IMG/VR virus record: IMGVR_UViG_3300027719_000011
DNA length: 41,741 nt
DNA from: a virus
Strand: one strand, 5' to 3'
The notes under the pieces are model-generated. The model made no database searches, was not told the DNA's origin, and saw nothing but the letters and a program-made list of their open reading frames with translations. Positions 31,721 through 41,640 of the stretch are shown one piece after another; within the stretch, counting starts at the first letter, position 1, and every line of letters begins with the position of its first letter. The position numbers and the translations under genes were made by a program.

Positions 31721-32661
31721 TACTCGGTATTTGCGGCTATTCCAAAGTAGGTAAAAACACCGTATGCGAAGGTCTTCCAGACTACGAACAGCATGCCTTT
31801 GCAGATGTCCTGAAACAGCAGGTTACAACTATGTTGAAGGCTAATCACATTGAAGTGGATGTTTGGGGTAAAGATAAGGAAGCATGGAGAGATTTCTTGG
31901 TCTTTTGGGGCAGAAAGATGCGCTCCTTGGATATCCATTACTGGGTCAAGCACCTGTATGAGTTGATAGCTCCCCTAGGCGATAAACAGATCTGTATCAC
32001 AGATGTAAGATACCTTTCGGAAGTGCGTTGGATACAAGACAAGGGAGGAATAGTTGTCATGATTGATAGACCTGGATACGGGCCAGCCAATGAAGAGGAA
32101 GCCGCAAGCATTCGAGAAATCGAAGTCCAAATCCCGAAGCTGCCCCGTGTCATCAACGATGGCACCCCCAAGTTGCTGACCAAGCGGGTGATGGCTGCTG
32201 TGAAGCAAGCCGCCCTGACTCCTGAAATCCCGCTGGAACGCCTCAACAGATGGTTGGCCGAGCTGGGTGAGTTTGAAGAGATGCGCCCACCCGAAGCTGC
32301 AGTATTGTGGGGCATCACTCTGCGGGAAGCCAAAGAGCGTCTGCACATGATGATCGGTGACCTGCTTGTCATACCACCCAAACGGGTCGAAGTCTACGTG
32401 TATGGTGAAGGAGCAGATCCCATCTCAGCGAATCGTGCCGAAGACCCCACCAAGGTTCGGTACCATAGACTGTCCGTCATATCAGGTACCGGATCAACAA
32501 GCAAAGAGCTGGCCTGTACATGGAACTGGCCTTTGTACAGCACCAACAAGTATCTGGCGGTCTTGCTCAAAGAGAAAATGATAGAAGCCATTGGTAATGC
32601 CCGGTTCAAGATATGGGTACTGTCGAAGAAAGGCAAGGCTTGGTTAACCCGCAAGGTATAG
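31717..32661 (+). CDS. dNMP-kinase-like P-loop domain fused to a C-terminal winged-helix-like domain
   Basis: The P-loop is GICGYSKVGKNT, with ITDVRYLSEVRWIQDKGGIVVMIDRPG downstream, as in remembered phage deoxynucleoside-monophosphate kinases. The C-terminal roughly 150 aa ends in a wHTH-like segment (SKELACTWNWPLYSTNKYLAVLLKEKMIEAIGNARFKIWVLSKKG). Confidence 0.55.
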   Translation: MILGICGYSKVGKNTVCEGLPDYEQHAFADVLKQQVTTMLKANHIEVDVWGKDKEAWRDFLVFWGRKMRSLDIHYWVKHLYELIAPLGDKQICITDVRYLSEVRWIQDKGGIVVMIDRPGYGPANEEEAASIREIEVQIPKLPRVINDGTPKLLTKRVMAAVKQAALTPEIPLERLNRWLAELGEFEEMRPPEAAVLWGITLREAKERLHMMIGDLLVIPPKRVEVYVYGEGADPISANRAEDPTKVRYHRLSVISGTGSTSKELACTWNWPLYSTNKYLAVLLKEKMIEAIGNARFKIWVLSKKGKAWLTRKV

Positions 32662-32665
32662 AGAT

Positions 32666-32700
32666 TAAAAAACCCCTCCAGTTACGGAGGGGTTTTTGTT
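32666..32700. terminator. Bidirectional rho-independent terminator between the convergent operons
   Basis: An A-tract is followed by CCCCTCC (32673..32679), a 6-nt loop, GGAGGGG (32686..32692) and TTTTT. Confidence 0.8.
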
Positions 32701-33196
32701 ATTCGGTAGTTTCGACCTGTACAGGCTCGACGGTTTCTTCATCTGGAGGCGGGGCACCCGTTGCACCCCGCAGCTGCTCTTCAAGTCGAGCGATGGTAGT
32801 GTCCAGCTCCCCGGCCTGTTCAAGCAGGGCTGTGACAGACAAGTTGTTGGTGGATTGACCACGCTCTAAGCGTTCGGCATTGTGCAGAATGTTGAACGTA
32901 GTCGCCAGATCGCGCAATGAAGTGTTCTCAACCTTACCCGGCATAGCCGAAGTGACGAGCATCTGAATGTGTGCGAGGGTGTCGGCTTTGCGGTCTTTGA
33001 AGGTTCTCAAGGCCGAGATGTCGATGCCATACTTGCGAATGGCAGCATAGACCCCAGACGACGATACCCCGTGAATACGGGCTATGTCGCTGACGGTCAG
33101 ACCGGCCTGCAGCTGTGACAGCATTACAGGCAGCGGCGGCATGTTGCCATGTTTACCTGGACTTGTAGCGGCTACGGTATCACTGTTTTTACCCAT
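32699..33196 (-). CDS. HTH DNA-binding protein, small-terminase-like or a late regulator
   Basis: The HTH is GLTVSDIARIHGVSSSGVYAAIRKYG. It is followed by a helical region (DLATTFNILHNAERLERGQST) reminiscent of small terminase subunits. It is the last gene of the late operon. Confidence 0.4.
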   Translation of the reverse strand: MGKNSDTVAATSPGKHGNMPPLPVMLSQLQAGLTVSDIARIHGVSSSGVYAAIRKYGIDISALRTFKDRKADTLAHIQMLVTSAMPGKVENTSLRDLATTFNILHNAERLERGQSTNNLSVTALLEQAGELDTTIARLEEQLRGATGAPPPDEETVEPVQVETTE

Positions 33197-36006
33197 CAGT
33201 TAGCTCCCTTCTGCTGAAGTGCCCGCTGTTGCAGGGACTTCATAAATGCTCGGCCCGCAGCTTCAGCTGCTTGAACAGTCGCCGGGGCAAAGTTACTGGT
33301 GATCAGTGCCCTCATCATTGACGGGATCTGAGAAGCCCCCAGCACCATCATCAATGCGCCGCCAGTTCTGGCGATGCCCGTTGGTATGCCGATGCCTGAC
33401 TGCATGACGTTACTTGTACTGACCTGAGAACTGAGGTTTCTGATTCTGTTCATGAGGGTGGCATTGTACTCGGCAGGCATGATTTCCAACACGTTGGCGA
33501 GGGCTTGGCCTACATCACCGAAGTCTCTCAGATCCTGTAGGCCTTGTACCGTAGTTAGGCTGTTGAACTGTTCCGCACTCGGAGTTTTCGGATTGGTGCT
33601 GGGTTCTCTCAGAGGGCGGGTAAATTCTGCCAGCTCAGTCACATCGACCTGCCCGGTAGCGCGGAGGTTGGGCAGACTCCCCTGCACCATAAGACTCTGG
33701 GCTGCTTCTCGACCCACACCTGCGGGGTTTGCCAGTGCAGGGGTACTGGTTAAAGCTGCCCCAGGTATGCCTGAATCGGATCGCGCAAGGTCTGCCATAG
33801 TTTTGTATGGATCCGTGGAGTCTCTGAGTATACCTACTGCACGTTCGGCCTGTTGCAATCGTTGTGGTCGTGCAGTCGCAGGATTGTCGATAAGGTCGGC
33901 CAGAACCTGACGGCCTCTTGGTGACAGATTGTTTAAGAAAGAAGTGTTTGCAGGGTTCTGCATCTCTCTGCGCAACCCTTCACCGAAAAGGCTCTGAGCT
34001 ACCTCGCCGGTACCAGGTGTCACATGGCGTTCAGAAGCCTGCGACACGAACCTGCGAATCATTTCGTTCTCAAGAGCCGGGTTGCTGCGGATATGTCGCA
34101 TGAGTTGTGGGCTTGAAGGGGCTTTGGAGCTTCCCTTCGCCTGTGCATAAAGGGCATCAAGATTCCCGACTTTTCTCAGAGCCGCAGGCAATGCCAGATC
34201 GGCATTCGTTCCTGCGATGTCGGCCATGCGTTCCATACCCGCCCGTGTCCCCGGCGTCATCTTGCTGGTGGCTTTTTCAACGCCCGCTGCAAGTTTGGCC
34301 GGGTCTACCCGTGAACCTACTACAGACTGTTGCACAGCTTTACCTGCACCGATAGCATCTCTATAGGTTCTCGATGCCTGTCTCCAAGCATCGTATGAGG
34401 CCTGTGCTTCAGGGCTTGCCTGTGCTGCCAAACGCAAATCCGCATCTATAGCGCCTTCAAGCTGGTTTACATAATTCTTGGCTTTGCCGCCCGCACCCCT
34501 CGCCAGTTCACGCATGTCCTTCAAAGTTTCGATCATGTTCTCAGCTGACATGGTGCGGTTGGGATCGGTAAGCTGGTCGCTCAACCGTCTTGCACGGGCA
34601 AGTAATGGATGTTCAGGAGCCAGACTGGCTACAAGTTCATCCATCTGGTTAAGAGCCGTGTTGCCGAAGTTTACCGGTGAGACAGGTGCCCCGCCAAGTG
34701 CTGTGTCGATGTCGCGGGCGGCTTGTCCATACTGATTCCCTGCTTTGATACGCACACTCTCGGCAGCGTTCACCACAGGAGTGCTGAAGCCCCTGGCCGG
34801 GTTGCTGGGGATACCTGGGACTGCTTCGCCCATGACTCGATCCACAAGTCTTTCTGAGGTAGCTGCAGCACCGGCACGCACTTGTCTCTTAAGGCCGAGA
34901 ATATCTCCTGTCGGGTTGGCACTTCCCGGCAGTGTAGTGTTTACAGCTTGAGCGGTCAAAGTGTTGGGGTCGAGTATGTTACGAGCCGCCTGCATACCGC
35001 CGATACTATTCTCAAGCCCCTGTCGTACATCGGACAGAACTGCGTTGCCGACAACTCTGGGCACTTGAGGGAACCGAGTATTAACTGCGCGGGTCACGGC
35101 TCTGAGGGCATCGTCCAACTGTGCGTTGGTAGCTCCTGCACCTGTGCTGGACAACCATTTCAAAAGTTCCCGTTTTGCTGAACCTTCTGGGGCAGTGAAG
35201 ATGTCTGCGATCTGATCATTGCCCAGACCCAAACGTCCTGCAGCCTCGGTGATGCGGGAAGTGGTGGCCGGGGTCATCATAGTCTTTAACCCCATGCCGA
35301 TTGTCTCCCCGACACCTTCACCGATCATACCCACAGCATAATCGCCGGGGGTATGCGGAGTGTCGGTCAGCTCGTTTGCTGCTCCCATCGCGCCCGCGCC
35401 CATACCTGCAGCGGTGGCGATTCGGCCAAGTGCCTGTTTCACCCGAGACAGCTGCATACCAGTGAGGCGCATACCGCCTTTTATAAATTTCTCGGCCACA
35501 CCTGCGCCGCCCAGAGCAGCAGTGAGGCCATTGAATACTTCGTCACGTACAGATTGGGGCTGATTGGTAAGCCAACGGCCAATGACATCGCCGCCGACTG
35601 ATCCCAAAGCCATAGCTCCCCAGAGAGGAGCTGAAGGTGCCAGTGCCATGATACCCGCAGTACCTGCAACTGCGGCACCCATAGGTACCGCTACACCTGC
35701 TAGAGCCTGACCCCAGGTTCTTTCGCCCGGAGGCACATTGGTCTTAGGGTCATAAGTCGTTTTGCCAGACATCTCTGCAACTGCAGGTGCCCACGGCTTG
35801 GTTACTTCAGCGGGAACAAGCCCGCCAGCAGATTCCCGCTCCATACCAGGTCGCCAGCTGCCACCTACATCTGGTGCGAGAGTTGGCGAGGGTGTGGGTG
35901 CTTCGCTTGCGGGCGGCGTTTCAACTTCCCAACCTTCAGGGATAGCTGCTGCGGCAGGTTCTTCATCGTACTCCCAGCCTTCGGGAAGCATATTAGATGT
36001 GGCCAT
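33196..36006 (-). CDS. Large internal virion / ejection protein (936 aa)
   Basis: Its size and position after the other internal proteins match the place of T7 gp16. It has a Gly/Ala-rich hydrophobic stretch (GVAVPMGAAVAGTAGIMALAPSAPLWGAMALGSVGG). Confidence 0.5.
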   Translation of the reverse strand: MATSNMLPEGWEYDEEPAAAAIPEGWEVETPPASEAPTPSPTLAPDVGGSWRPGMERESAGGLVPAEVTKPWAPAVAEMSGKTTYDPKTNVPPGERTWGQALAGVAVPMGAAVAGTAGIMALAPSAPLWGAMALGSVGGDVIGRWLTNQPQSVRDEVFNGLTAALGGAGVAEKFIKGGMRLTGMQLSRVKQALGRIATAAGMGAGAMGAANELTDTPHTPGDYAVGMIGEGVGETIGMGLKTMMTPATTSRITEAAGRLGLGNDQIADIFTAPEGSAKRELLKWLSSTGAGATNAQLDDALRAVTRAVNTRFPQVPRVVGNAVLSDVRQGLENSIGGMQAARNILDPNTLTAQAVNTTLPGSANPTGDILGLKRQVRAGAAATSERLVDRVMGEAVPGIPSNPARGFSTPVVNAAESVRIKAGNQYGQAARDIDTALGGAPVSPVNFGNTALNQMDELVASLAPEHPLLARARRLSDQLTDPNRTMSAENMIETLKDMRELARGAGGKAKNYVNQLEGAIDADLRLAAQASPEAQASYDAWRQASRTYRDAIGAGKAVQQSVVGSRVDPAKLAAGVEKATSKMTPGTRAGMERMADIAGTNADLALPAALRKVGNLDALYAQAKGSSKAPSSPQLMRHIRSNPALENEMIRRFVSQASERHVTPGTGEVAQSLFGEGLRREMQNPANTSFLNNLSPRGRQVLADLIDNPATARPQRLQQAERAVGILRDSTDPYKTMADLARSDSGIPGAALTSTPALANPAGVGREAAQSLMVQGSLPNLRATGQVDVTELAEFTRPLREPSTNPKTPSAEQFNSLTTVQGLQDLRDFGDVGQALANVLEIMPAEYNATLMNRIRNLSSQVSTSNVMQSGIGIPTGIARTGGALMMVLGASQIPSMMRALITSNFAPATVQAAEAAGRAFMKSLQQRALQQKGAN

Positions 36007-37469
36007 TATTTTACCCCCAATACAACGACTTTGCCTGTTACGGGGTCGATGTAGCCGGTTTCACCGGTCTTAGGATTCCTGATGCGTTTCGCGCCTGCCG
36101 GGATCGCCTGTGCGGTTGGTGCAGAGGTCATTGAAGCTGCGGGGGCTTCGTCGCTGCCGCCCTCATCTTCATATCCGCTTCCAAGTTCCTGAACCAGGTC
36201 GGTGTCTTTGTCGATCACCCCAGCAGCTTTAAACATCGGAGCATATTCGCCCACAAACTGTTCACGAAGTGCCTTGAAACTCTTTTTGGCCTGTTTGTAC
36301 GATACTTGATTGGCTTCGGCCAGCTGATCAACAATGGCCTGACTCAATGCGCGAACCTTCGCCGGGTCAGAGTTAGTTTGGGACATCATCTGACTCAAAG
36401 ACTCTATCATGCCCCCTGCGGATTGGAACAAAGCTAATTCGGATGGGCGCACAACCGAGTTGTCCAGACCCTGAATGGTTTTCCAAAGAAGAACCAGCTG
36501 CCCAACGGCAACAGGCTTTCCTGTTTTTAAATTGTTCTTGATGGACTCTGCCATGCCTTTAACCTGATCAGAGCTGACCTTGAAAGAGTTCATGTCTTTC
36601 ATAACCTTGCCGGTAGTCCATTTGTTCTTGACTGCCAGTACGGCTTTGTCGTCTAGTCCCCCGGTAGTTTTGGGAGCCTTTTGTAGCTGAGTACCTTCTG
36701 GAGAATCTCCGCCCACCATGATCGGCATAGCCCCTGCACCTGGATCAGCACGGTTAAATGCGTACAAGCCATCTTCGCCTTCAATGGTCTGAATGTTGGC
36801 CGGGTTGGCCGCCATTCTCTGCCATGCCTGCTGTAGACTAATAATCTGACGCTGATTCTGCTGTGCCTGACCCGCATAGAACAATCGTTCCTGTTGGGAC
36901 AGTCGAGTGTCCTGCATCTTTACCTGCAGCTGTTTATTGGCTTCCTGACGCTTGGTAATCTCACTCTGCAGAGCCAGTTTGTTCTGGTTCTTGATCTCTT
37001 CGCGGCGTGTCCACTCCTCAGGAGAAAGGCCGACTTGCTTCGGAGCCAGGTTCTTGATGGCTTCCATCTGCTCTTTTGAGTTGCCGTACTGCATCATTGT
37101 GCCCATAGCTGCCTGTTGCATATCTTCGTTCGACATGCCGGGAGATTCGGTAGGCATACCTGCAAACTGAGTCATGTCGGGCAGACCTGACATCATGCCG
37201 CCAGCTGCGAGGCTTCCGATGCCTGCCTGTGTGGGGAGCGGTGTAGGCTTGGCAGCTTTCCACATCTCGCCCAGGCTCTTCATTTTGGCCTGTTCACGTT
37301 TCTGCTCTTCAATCCTCTGCTGCATTTCCATGCGGCCAAGTTCCTGCTGCTGTCTGTAGCTCTCGGTTTCCCGGCGCATAGCAACGGCTTTCTGGATAAT
37401 ATCGGACAGAGATTGCTCCTTGCGGGGCTGTATCGGTTCGGGTGCATAGTAGTTTCCGAGGAAAGGCAT
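36006..37469 (-). CDS. Internal virion protein, Q/E/M-rich coiled-coil (487 aa)
   Basis: Called from composition and position. Its stop overlaps the start of the next gene. Confidence 0.45.
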   Translation of the reverse strand: MPFLGNYYAPEPIQPRKEQSLSDIIQKAVAMRRETESYRQQQELGRMEMQQRIEEQKREQAKMKSLGEMWKAAKPTPLPTQAGIGSLAAGGMMSGLPDMTQFAGMPTESPGMSNEDMQQAAMGTMMQYGNSKEQMEAIKNLAPKQVGLSPEEWTRREEIKNQNKLALQSEITKRQEANKQLQVKMQDTRLSQQERLFYAGQAQQNQRQIISLQQAWQRMAANPANIQTIEGEDGLYAFNRADPGAGAMPIMVGGDSPEGTQLQKAPKTTGGLDDKAVLAVKNKWTTGKVMKDMNSFKVSSDQVKGMAESIKNNLKTGKPVAVGQLVLLWKTIQGLDNSVVRPSELALFQSAGGMIESLSQMMSQTNSDPAKVRALSQAIVDQLAEANQVSYKQAKKSFKALREQFVGEYAPMFKAAGVIDKDTDLVQELGSGYEDEGGSDEAPAASMTSAPTAQAIPAGAKRIRNPKTGETGYIDPVTGKVVVLGVK

Positions 37470-37481
37470 TGTGTTTTCTCC

Positions 37482-38720
37482 TTAAAACTTCCAGGTGCTG
37501 GTGGGGTTGCTCCACGCGCCAGGAGAACCGAAGTAACCTTGTGAACCACCACCACTGCTTCCCATGCCATAAATGGTCGCGCCAAGATCGAGGATCTTCC
37601 CGAACTGGCCACCACTGCTCATGGCTTTGTTAGCTTGAGCTGCACCAGTTGCGCCATAGTACTGGCCGAGAGAATTGGCATTGGCACCTGCGTAGTTGCT
37701 GTAGGCGTTACCGAGTCCACTGTACGCGCTGGATCGGGCATTAGCAGCGTTCTGCAATGCACCGGCTGTGTTCTGTGATCCCTGTGAATACATGCTGGCC
37801 AGCTGTGCGCCAGCTGCCTGACCTGTAGCCTGGGGCTGGTAGCCCTGACCTATCGACACCAGGTCTTTAAGACGCTGGAACTGACGGTCGTATTCAGACT
37901 GCGATAACTGCATGGCAGCATCGCCAGACATCTTGGTTGCTGCACCGGAGCCGGTAAGCCCCTGCGCTGCAAGCTGATTCATCATGGCTTTGTTAATCTG
38001 CTGCTGTTCCCACTTGTAAGCGGGGGTTTCAGTGACTTGTGCGGCTTGGGACATCGGAGCCGCCTGCAAAGAGGTATACGCCTGTGCAGGTTGGTTGGTG
38101 CTGAGACCGGGAAGTGTCGGGTATGAAACCGTGCCCCCGGCTGGAGGGGTAGTTGCTGGAGCTGCAACTGGAAGCCCTGTTACCACATCAACCAGGTTCG
38201 ATGACGCTGCCGCTGGAGGGGCATACTGTGCAAGAAACGCTTCAGGATTACTGAACGCTTCCAACATGCCGGGAGCATCAAGCTGCTGCTGGCCAACACC
38301 CTGATAATACTGGCTTAATTTGTTGAAGTCGCCAATGACATCGGGTGCCTGCAGTTTGGTAGTGTCCACACTGGTAGGCATCTGATACCCGGTCATACCG
38401 GCCATCTGCATCAGGGGAGTCATCGCCTGCAAACCTGCAAGCTGAGTCATCTGCTGGGGCAGTCGGTTTGCCATGTCCTGATTGTACAGCTGGGCGTACT
38501 GGTTGTAACCCGCCTGCTGACCGCTTAAAGTGGCGGCCAGTTGCTGTGCATTAGACTGGTTGGCACTCTGCGACTGGATATATGCCAAGACTTTCTGAAA
38601 GTCGAGATTCTGTTTGTTCGCGGCCTGGTCGGCTGCAAGGGTAGCTGCAGATGCCTCTGACTGTCTTTCAGCTGCATCCCTGGCAGGTTCGTTGTTCCAC
38701 CAACTTGAAAACCAACTCAT
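37482..38720 (-). CDS. Internal virion protein, Q/A/G-rich low complexity (412 aa)
   Basis: Called from composition and position, downstream of the nozzle module. Confidence 0.45.
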   Translation of the reverse strand: MSWFSSWWNNEPARDAAERQSEASAATLAADQAANKQNLDFQKVLAYIQSQSANQSNAQQLAATLSGQQAGYNQYAQLYNQDMANRLPQQMTQLAGLQAMTPLMQMAGMTGYQMPTSVDTTKLQAPDVIGDFNKLSQYYQGVGQQQLDAPGMLEAFSNPEAFLAQYAPPAAASSNLVDVVTGLPVAAPATTPPAGGTVSYPTLPGLSTNQPAQAYTSLQAAPMSQAAQVTETPAYKWEQQQINKAMMNQLAAQGLTGSGAATKMSGDAAMQLSQSEYDRQFQRLKDLVSIGQGYQPQATGQAAGAQLASMYSQGSQNTAGALQNAANARSSAYSGLGNAYSNYAGANANSLGQYYGATGAAQANKAMSSGGQFGKILDLGATIYGMGSSGGGSQGYFGSPGAWSNPTSTWKF

Positions 38721-38783
38721 AATATGTACCTCGCTTTCAATTTCAGTCTACATCAGTAAGAATATGCCGTCAATGCGGTAAGT

Positions 38784-39845
38784 TTATGCGTTTTCTATCC
38801 ACCCGCGAATAGACGAAAAACCTATACCCGAAACAGTGGCGACCCCGGCAATTTGAATGTCTACCTTTTCGACAAACGCAAGCGGGATCTCCAATGGGAT
38901 GGCAACTGTGGCGTTTGCAACAACGGTTTCAATATATGGGATCATTATTCCGCTCGACAATATGGCTCCTTCTGTCTGGTTCGCCCGCAAATACATCCTC
39001 GCATAATGCGTCTGGTTGGCGGCATACCCGTAGCCAAACTTCACCGAAGTAACATAAACAACCTTGCCTGCCGGGACGGTGAATAGGCCAGAACGGGATC
39101 GGGTAAAGCCTGCGGTGATGTAGGCATAAGTGACCGTGCCCGCAGTATTCCGCAAGCTAATGTTCCCTGCGGCCTTAAGTCCGGTACCCGCCGTAGCCAC
39201 GTACATGCCGTTCACGCGCAATATATCGACCGGAGTCGTATCTACGGGGGTAAGCCCGTTCAATATTACCGTTGTGGTTTGCAAGGCGTAGTTAGTATCT
39301 AAATACTTGATGACTACTGTTTGGGCACCCGTTCCAGCGGCAGTGTCATTAGCTGACGATGAAACGACTTCCATCTGAATCGGAGATGTCGGATAGACGT
39401 AAACCCCCGCTGCTGACCAGATGTTAGATTCTGTGGTGGTCAGTGTCGGGGTAAAGCCGATGTTTTCCACAGGCGAATGCCCTGCCACGTTGCCCTCTGC
39501 GATGTCGTAAAGGTATGGCATGGCAGAAACTCGGGGTTTGTTCATAATGTGCTTCACCCCGTAGACCGCGCCAGCTTCATCTACAATCTTGGTAGCGGTG
39601 GATAGCCCGTTGGACACAGAAGAGATCACGTTGCCAGAGCTATCTACAATCTGGGTCTTTTGAGATCCGTCAGACTGGATAGCTTTGGTAGCCACCAAGT
39701 CCAACGCTGCGTTAGTTGCGGTCTGGTTTGCTGCAGTAGCCAGCAATGCCAAAGCTGCTTGAATAGCAGTCTGTTTATCTTCGGTAGCCGGGTTGATGAC
39801 TACACTGCTGCCATTTTGTAGTTTCGTCTGTTGCCAATAACTCAT
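38784..39845 (-). CDS. Beta-rich virion structural protein, possibly receptor-binding (353 aa)
   Basis: The N-terminus is helical (PATEDKQTAIQAALALLATAANQTATNAALDL) and is followed by a long beta-rich domain. It lies in the tail module. Confidence 0.4.
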   Translation of the reverse strand: MSYWQQTKLQNGSSVVINPATEDKQTAIQAALALLATAANQTATNAALDLVATKAIQSDGSQKTQIVDSSGNVISSVSNGLSTATKIVDEAGAVYGVKHIMNKPRVSAMPYLYDIAEGNVAGHSPVENIGFTPTLTTTESNIWSAAGVYVYPTSPIQMEVVSSSANDTAAGTGAQTVVIKYLDTNYALQTTTVILNGLTPVDTTPVDILRVNGMYVATAGTGLKAAGNISLRNTAGTVTYAYITAGFTRSRSGLFTVPAGKVVYVTSVKFGYGYAANQTHYARMYLRANQTEGAILSSGIMIPYIETVVANATVAIPLEIPLAFVEKVDIQIAGVATVSGIGFSSIRGWIENA

Positions 39846-40249
39846 ATGACCCTCCAGCCGGTTCCGTCAGAATACAAATCTATCGCACAGTGCCCTATCA
39901 AAGTTTGAAAAGGCTCACCTTCGATTAACTCCCCTGTAACCGGATACAATAAAGTGCTTCCCGCATGAGCGTTATCAATAACCAGCGACCGTCCGTCCTG
40001 GCCCACCGCTGTAGGCAATGTAATCGTACAAGGAGCCGTCACTTTGGTCACATCTGTGGACACTGTGAGGCTTACACTTGTGATCTTTGTCGTTCGGGTC
40101 AGGCTCGACCACAAGATACTCAACAGCCCCGTGTCGAACATGCGCCGGTAGACCTCATACATCCACCTCGCCATCTCACGGACGCGCAGCTCTAAAGACT
40201 GACTGTCCAGGTTCTGCGGAGGAGGTTGAAGAGGAACTTTGGTCGTCAT
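39842..40249 (-). CDS. Hypothetical tail-associated protein (135 aa)
   Basis: It is translationally coupled between the nozzle-like gene and the 353-aa gene. Confidence 0.4.
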   Translation of the reverse strand: MTTKVPLQPPPQNLDSQSLELRVREMARWMYEVYRRMFDTGLLSILWSSLTRTTKITSVSLTVSTDVTKVTAPCTITLPTAVGQDGRSLVIDNAHAGSTLLYPVTGELIEGEPFQTLIGHCAIDLYSDGTGWRVI

Positions 40250-41640
40250 TATTGTTCTCCCTCGATGTCAAGTTCCGCGCCTACAAAAGCAAATGGAGCC
40301 ACATCAGTCTGACAAAATTCAAACTGGCGGGTCTTTGCCCTGCCCAAACGGTGAAGCTCGACCACGTTGTTATACTCGCCCATCTTGTTGAGGGAAATGT
40401 AATGCTCATTCGACCAGCCTTTATTCTGATCGCGCCATCGCACCCAAAACTTCGGCTCGGTAATGTCAGTGACATACCCCCGCTTGGCTCGGATCTGCAA
40501 CTGCCGCATAAGCTTCCACACGTAAGTGCCGAAGCTCAAGTGAGATGTACGCAGACAGAATCGCGCATCTGTGGCCTCTCCGGTGATCGAGTAAACCTTA
40601 CCATCAAAGCCGATTGCCAGATAGCGGTTAAGCTCGGGAGAGAAAGTAACTGAGTGAATAGGCCACGGTTTGTAGGTGGCAACTGTCGAATCCCACTGGC
40701 CCCACTGATACCAAGCGTCCAGCACATAGTCGTAAACCAGACTGGTGCCGGTAGCAAATGAGGACAGCAGAATAAAATGCTGGTTGAGATACTGGAACGG
40801 GCTGCACACCAGGTCATCAACCGAAGCCAGTTCCCGCAGTATGCGGTTCACTGGCCCCGAAACGACTTTGGGTGAGCGGCCATCAAGCCGAATAAACTGC
40901 CGTTCATGATCAAGCCAGAACCAGGTGTTGTCGAGCTTCATCAGCGAATACGGTGCAGAACACCCTCGCTCAATGAACGCCCCTTCCATGCGTCTGAATG
41001 TCGCAGGAGTTTCGCCCGAGTTGTACCAGATTTCGGTGCTGTGGGTACCGAGCAATACCAGCTCACGCCAACCTGCACCGATAGACACGATCTTGTCGAT
41101 CGAAGCATCTGCGTCGGCATAGTTGGTGCCACTCCAGACTGTCGAGCCTGCGTCAGTCCACCAGAATCTACCTGTACCGACTTCGTTCGCAATGATGTGC
41201 GAGTCGAGCCAGGTCAGATGCGAAACAACTGTAGGCGCGGCAATGTCAGTCAAGAAGTTGGCGGTAGTGCCGTTGGAGGAAACTATCTTACCCCCGGCGG
41301 CGAGATAAACCAAGCTGGTGTCTTCGGTGAACCTGGCAGGTTGATTGGACGGGATTACATCGCCGGTTGTAGCGGTAACTGTACCGGTTGAGTCGATAGT
41401 ATAGATGCGCCCATTACCCACAGCAACGAACTTCTGGAGAGTTATCGACCAGAAGATCCCCTGCACAGGTAGATCTATCGCACTGGCAGACCCGAACTGA
41501 GTAGTGCCGGGTCGCTTGAAGTAGGTGCCTTGCTCATCCTGATAACCGTCGATGAACGAGGCAGGAAGTGCCCCATCTATGGTGGCTTCATCAAGGGCAG
41601 GCCACGAACCTTTGCCAAATTCTAATTTGATTTTGGGCAT
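40249..41640 (-). CDS. Tail hub / nozzle protein (P22 gp10 / T7 gp12-like beta-propeller)
   Basis: GAGWRELVLLGTHSTEIWYNSG, HFILLSSFATGTSLVYDYVLDAWYQW and the C-terminus FAFVGAELDIE parallel P22 gp10 segments as I remember them (TWRDFIVCFGSSTIEYFSLTG, ELLIIHLPRHVLVYD, LSGCQIRLE). Confidence 0.6.
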   Translation of the reverse strand: MPKIKLEFGKGSWPALDEATIDGALPASFIDGYQDEQGTYFKRPGTTQFGSASAIDLPVQGIFWSITLQKFVAVGNGRIYTIDSTGTVTATTGDVIPSNQPARFTEDTSLVYLAAGGKIVSSNGTTANFLTDIAAPTVVSHLTWLDSHIIANEVGTGRFWWTDAGSTVWSGTNYADADASIDKIVSIGAGWRELVLLGTHSTEIWYNSGETPATFRRMEGAFIERGCSAPYSLMKLDNTWFWLDHERQFIRLDGRSPKVVSGPVNRILRELASVDDLVCSPFQYLNQHFILLSSFATGTSLVYDYVLDAWYQWGQWDSTVATYKPWPIHSVTFSPELNRYLAIGFDGKVYSITGEATDARFCLRTSHLSFGTYVWKLMRQLQIRAKRGYVTDITEPKFWVRWRDQNKGWSNEHYISLNKMGEYNNVVELHRLGRAKTRQFEFCQTDVAPFAFVGAELDIEGEQ

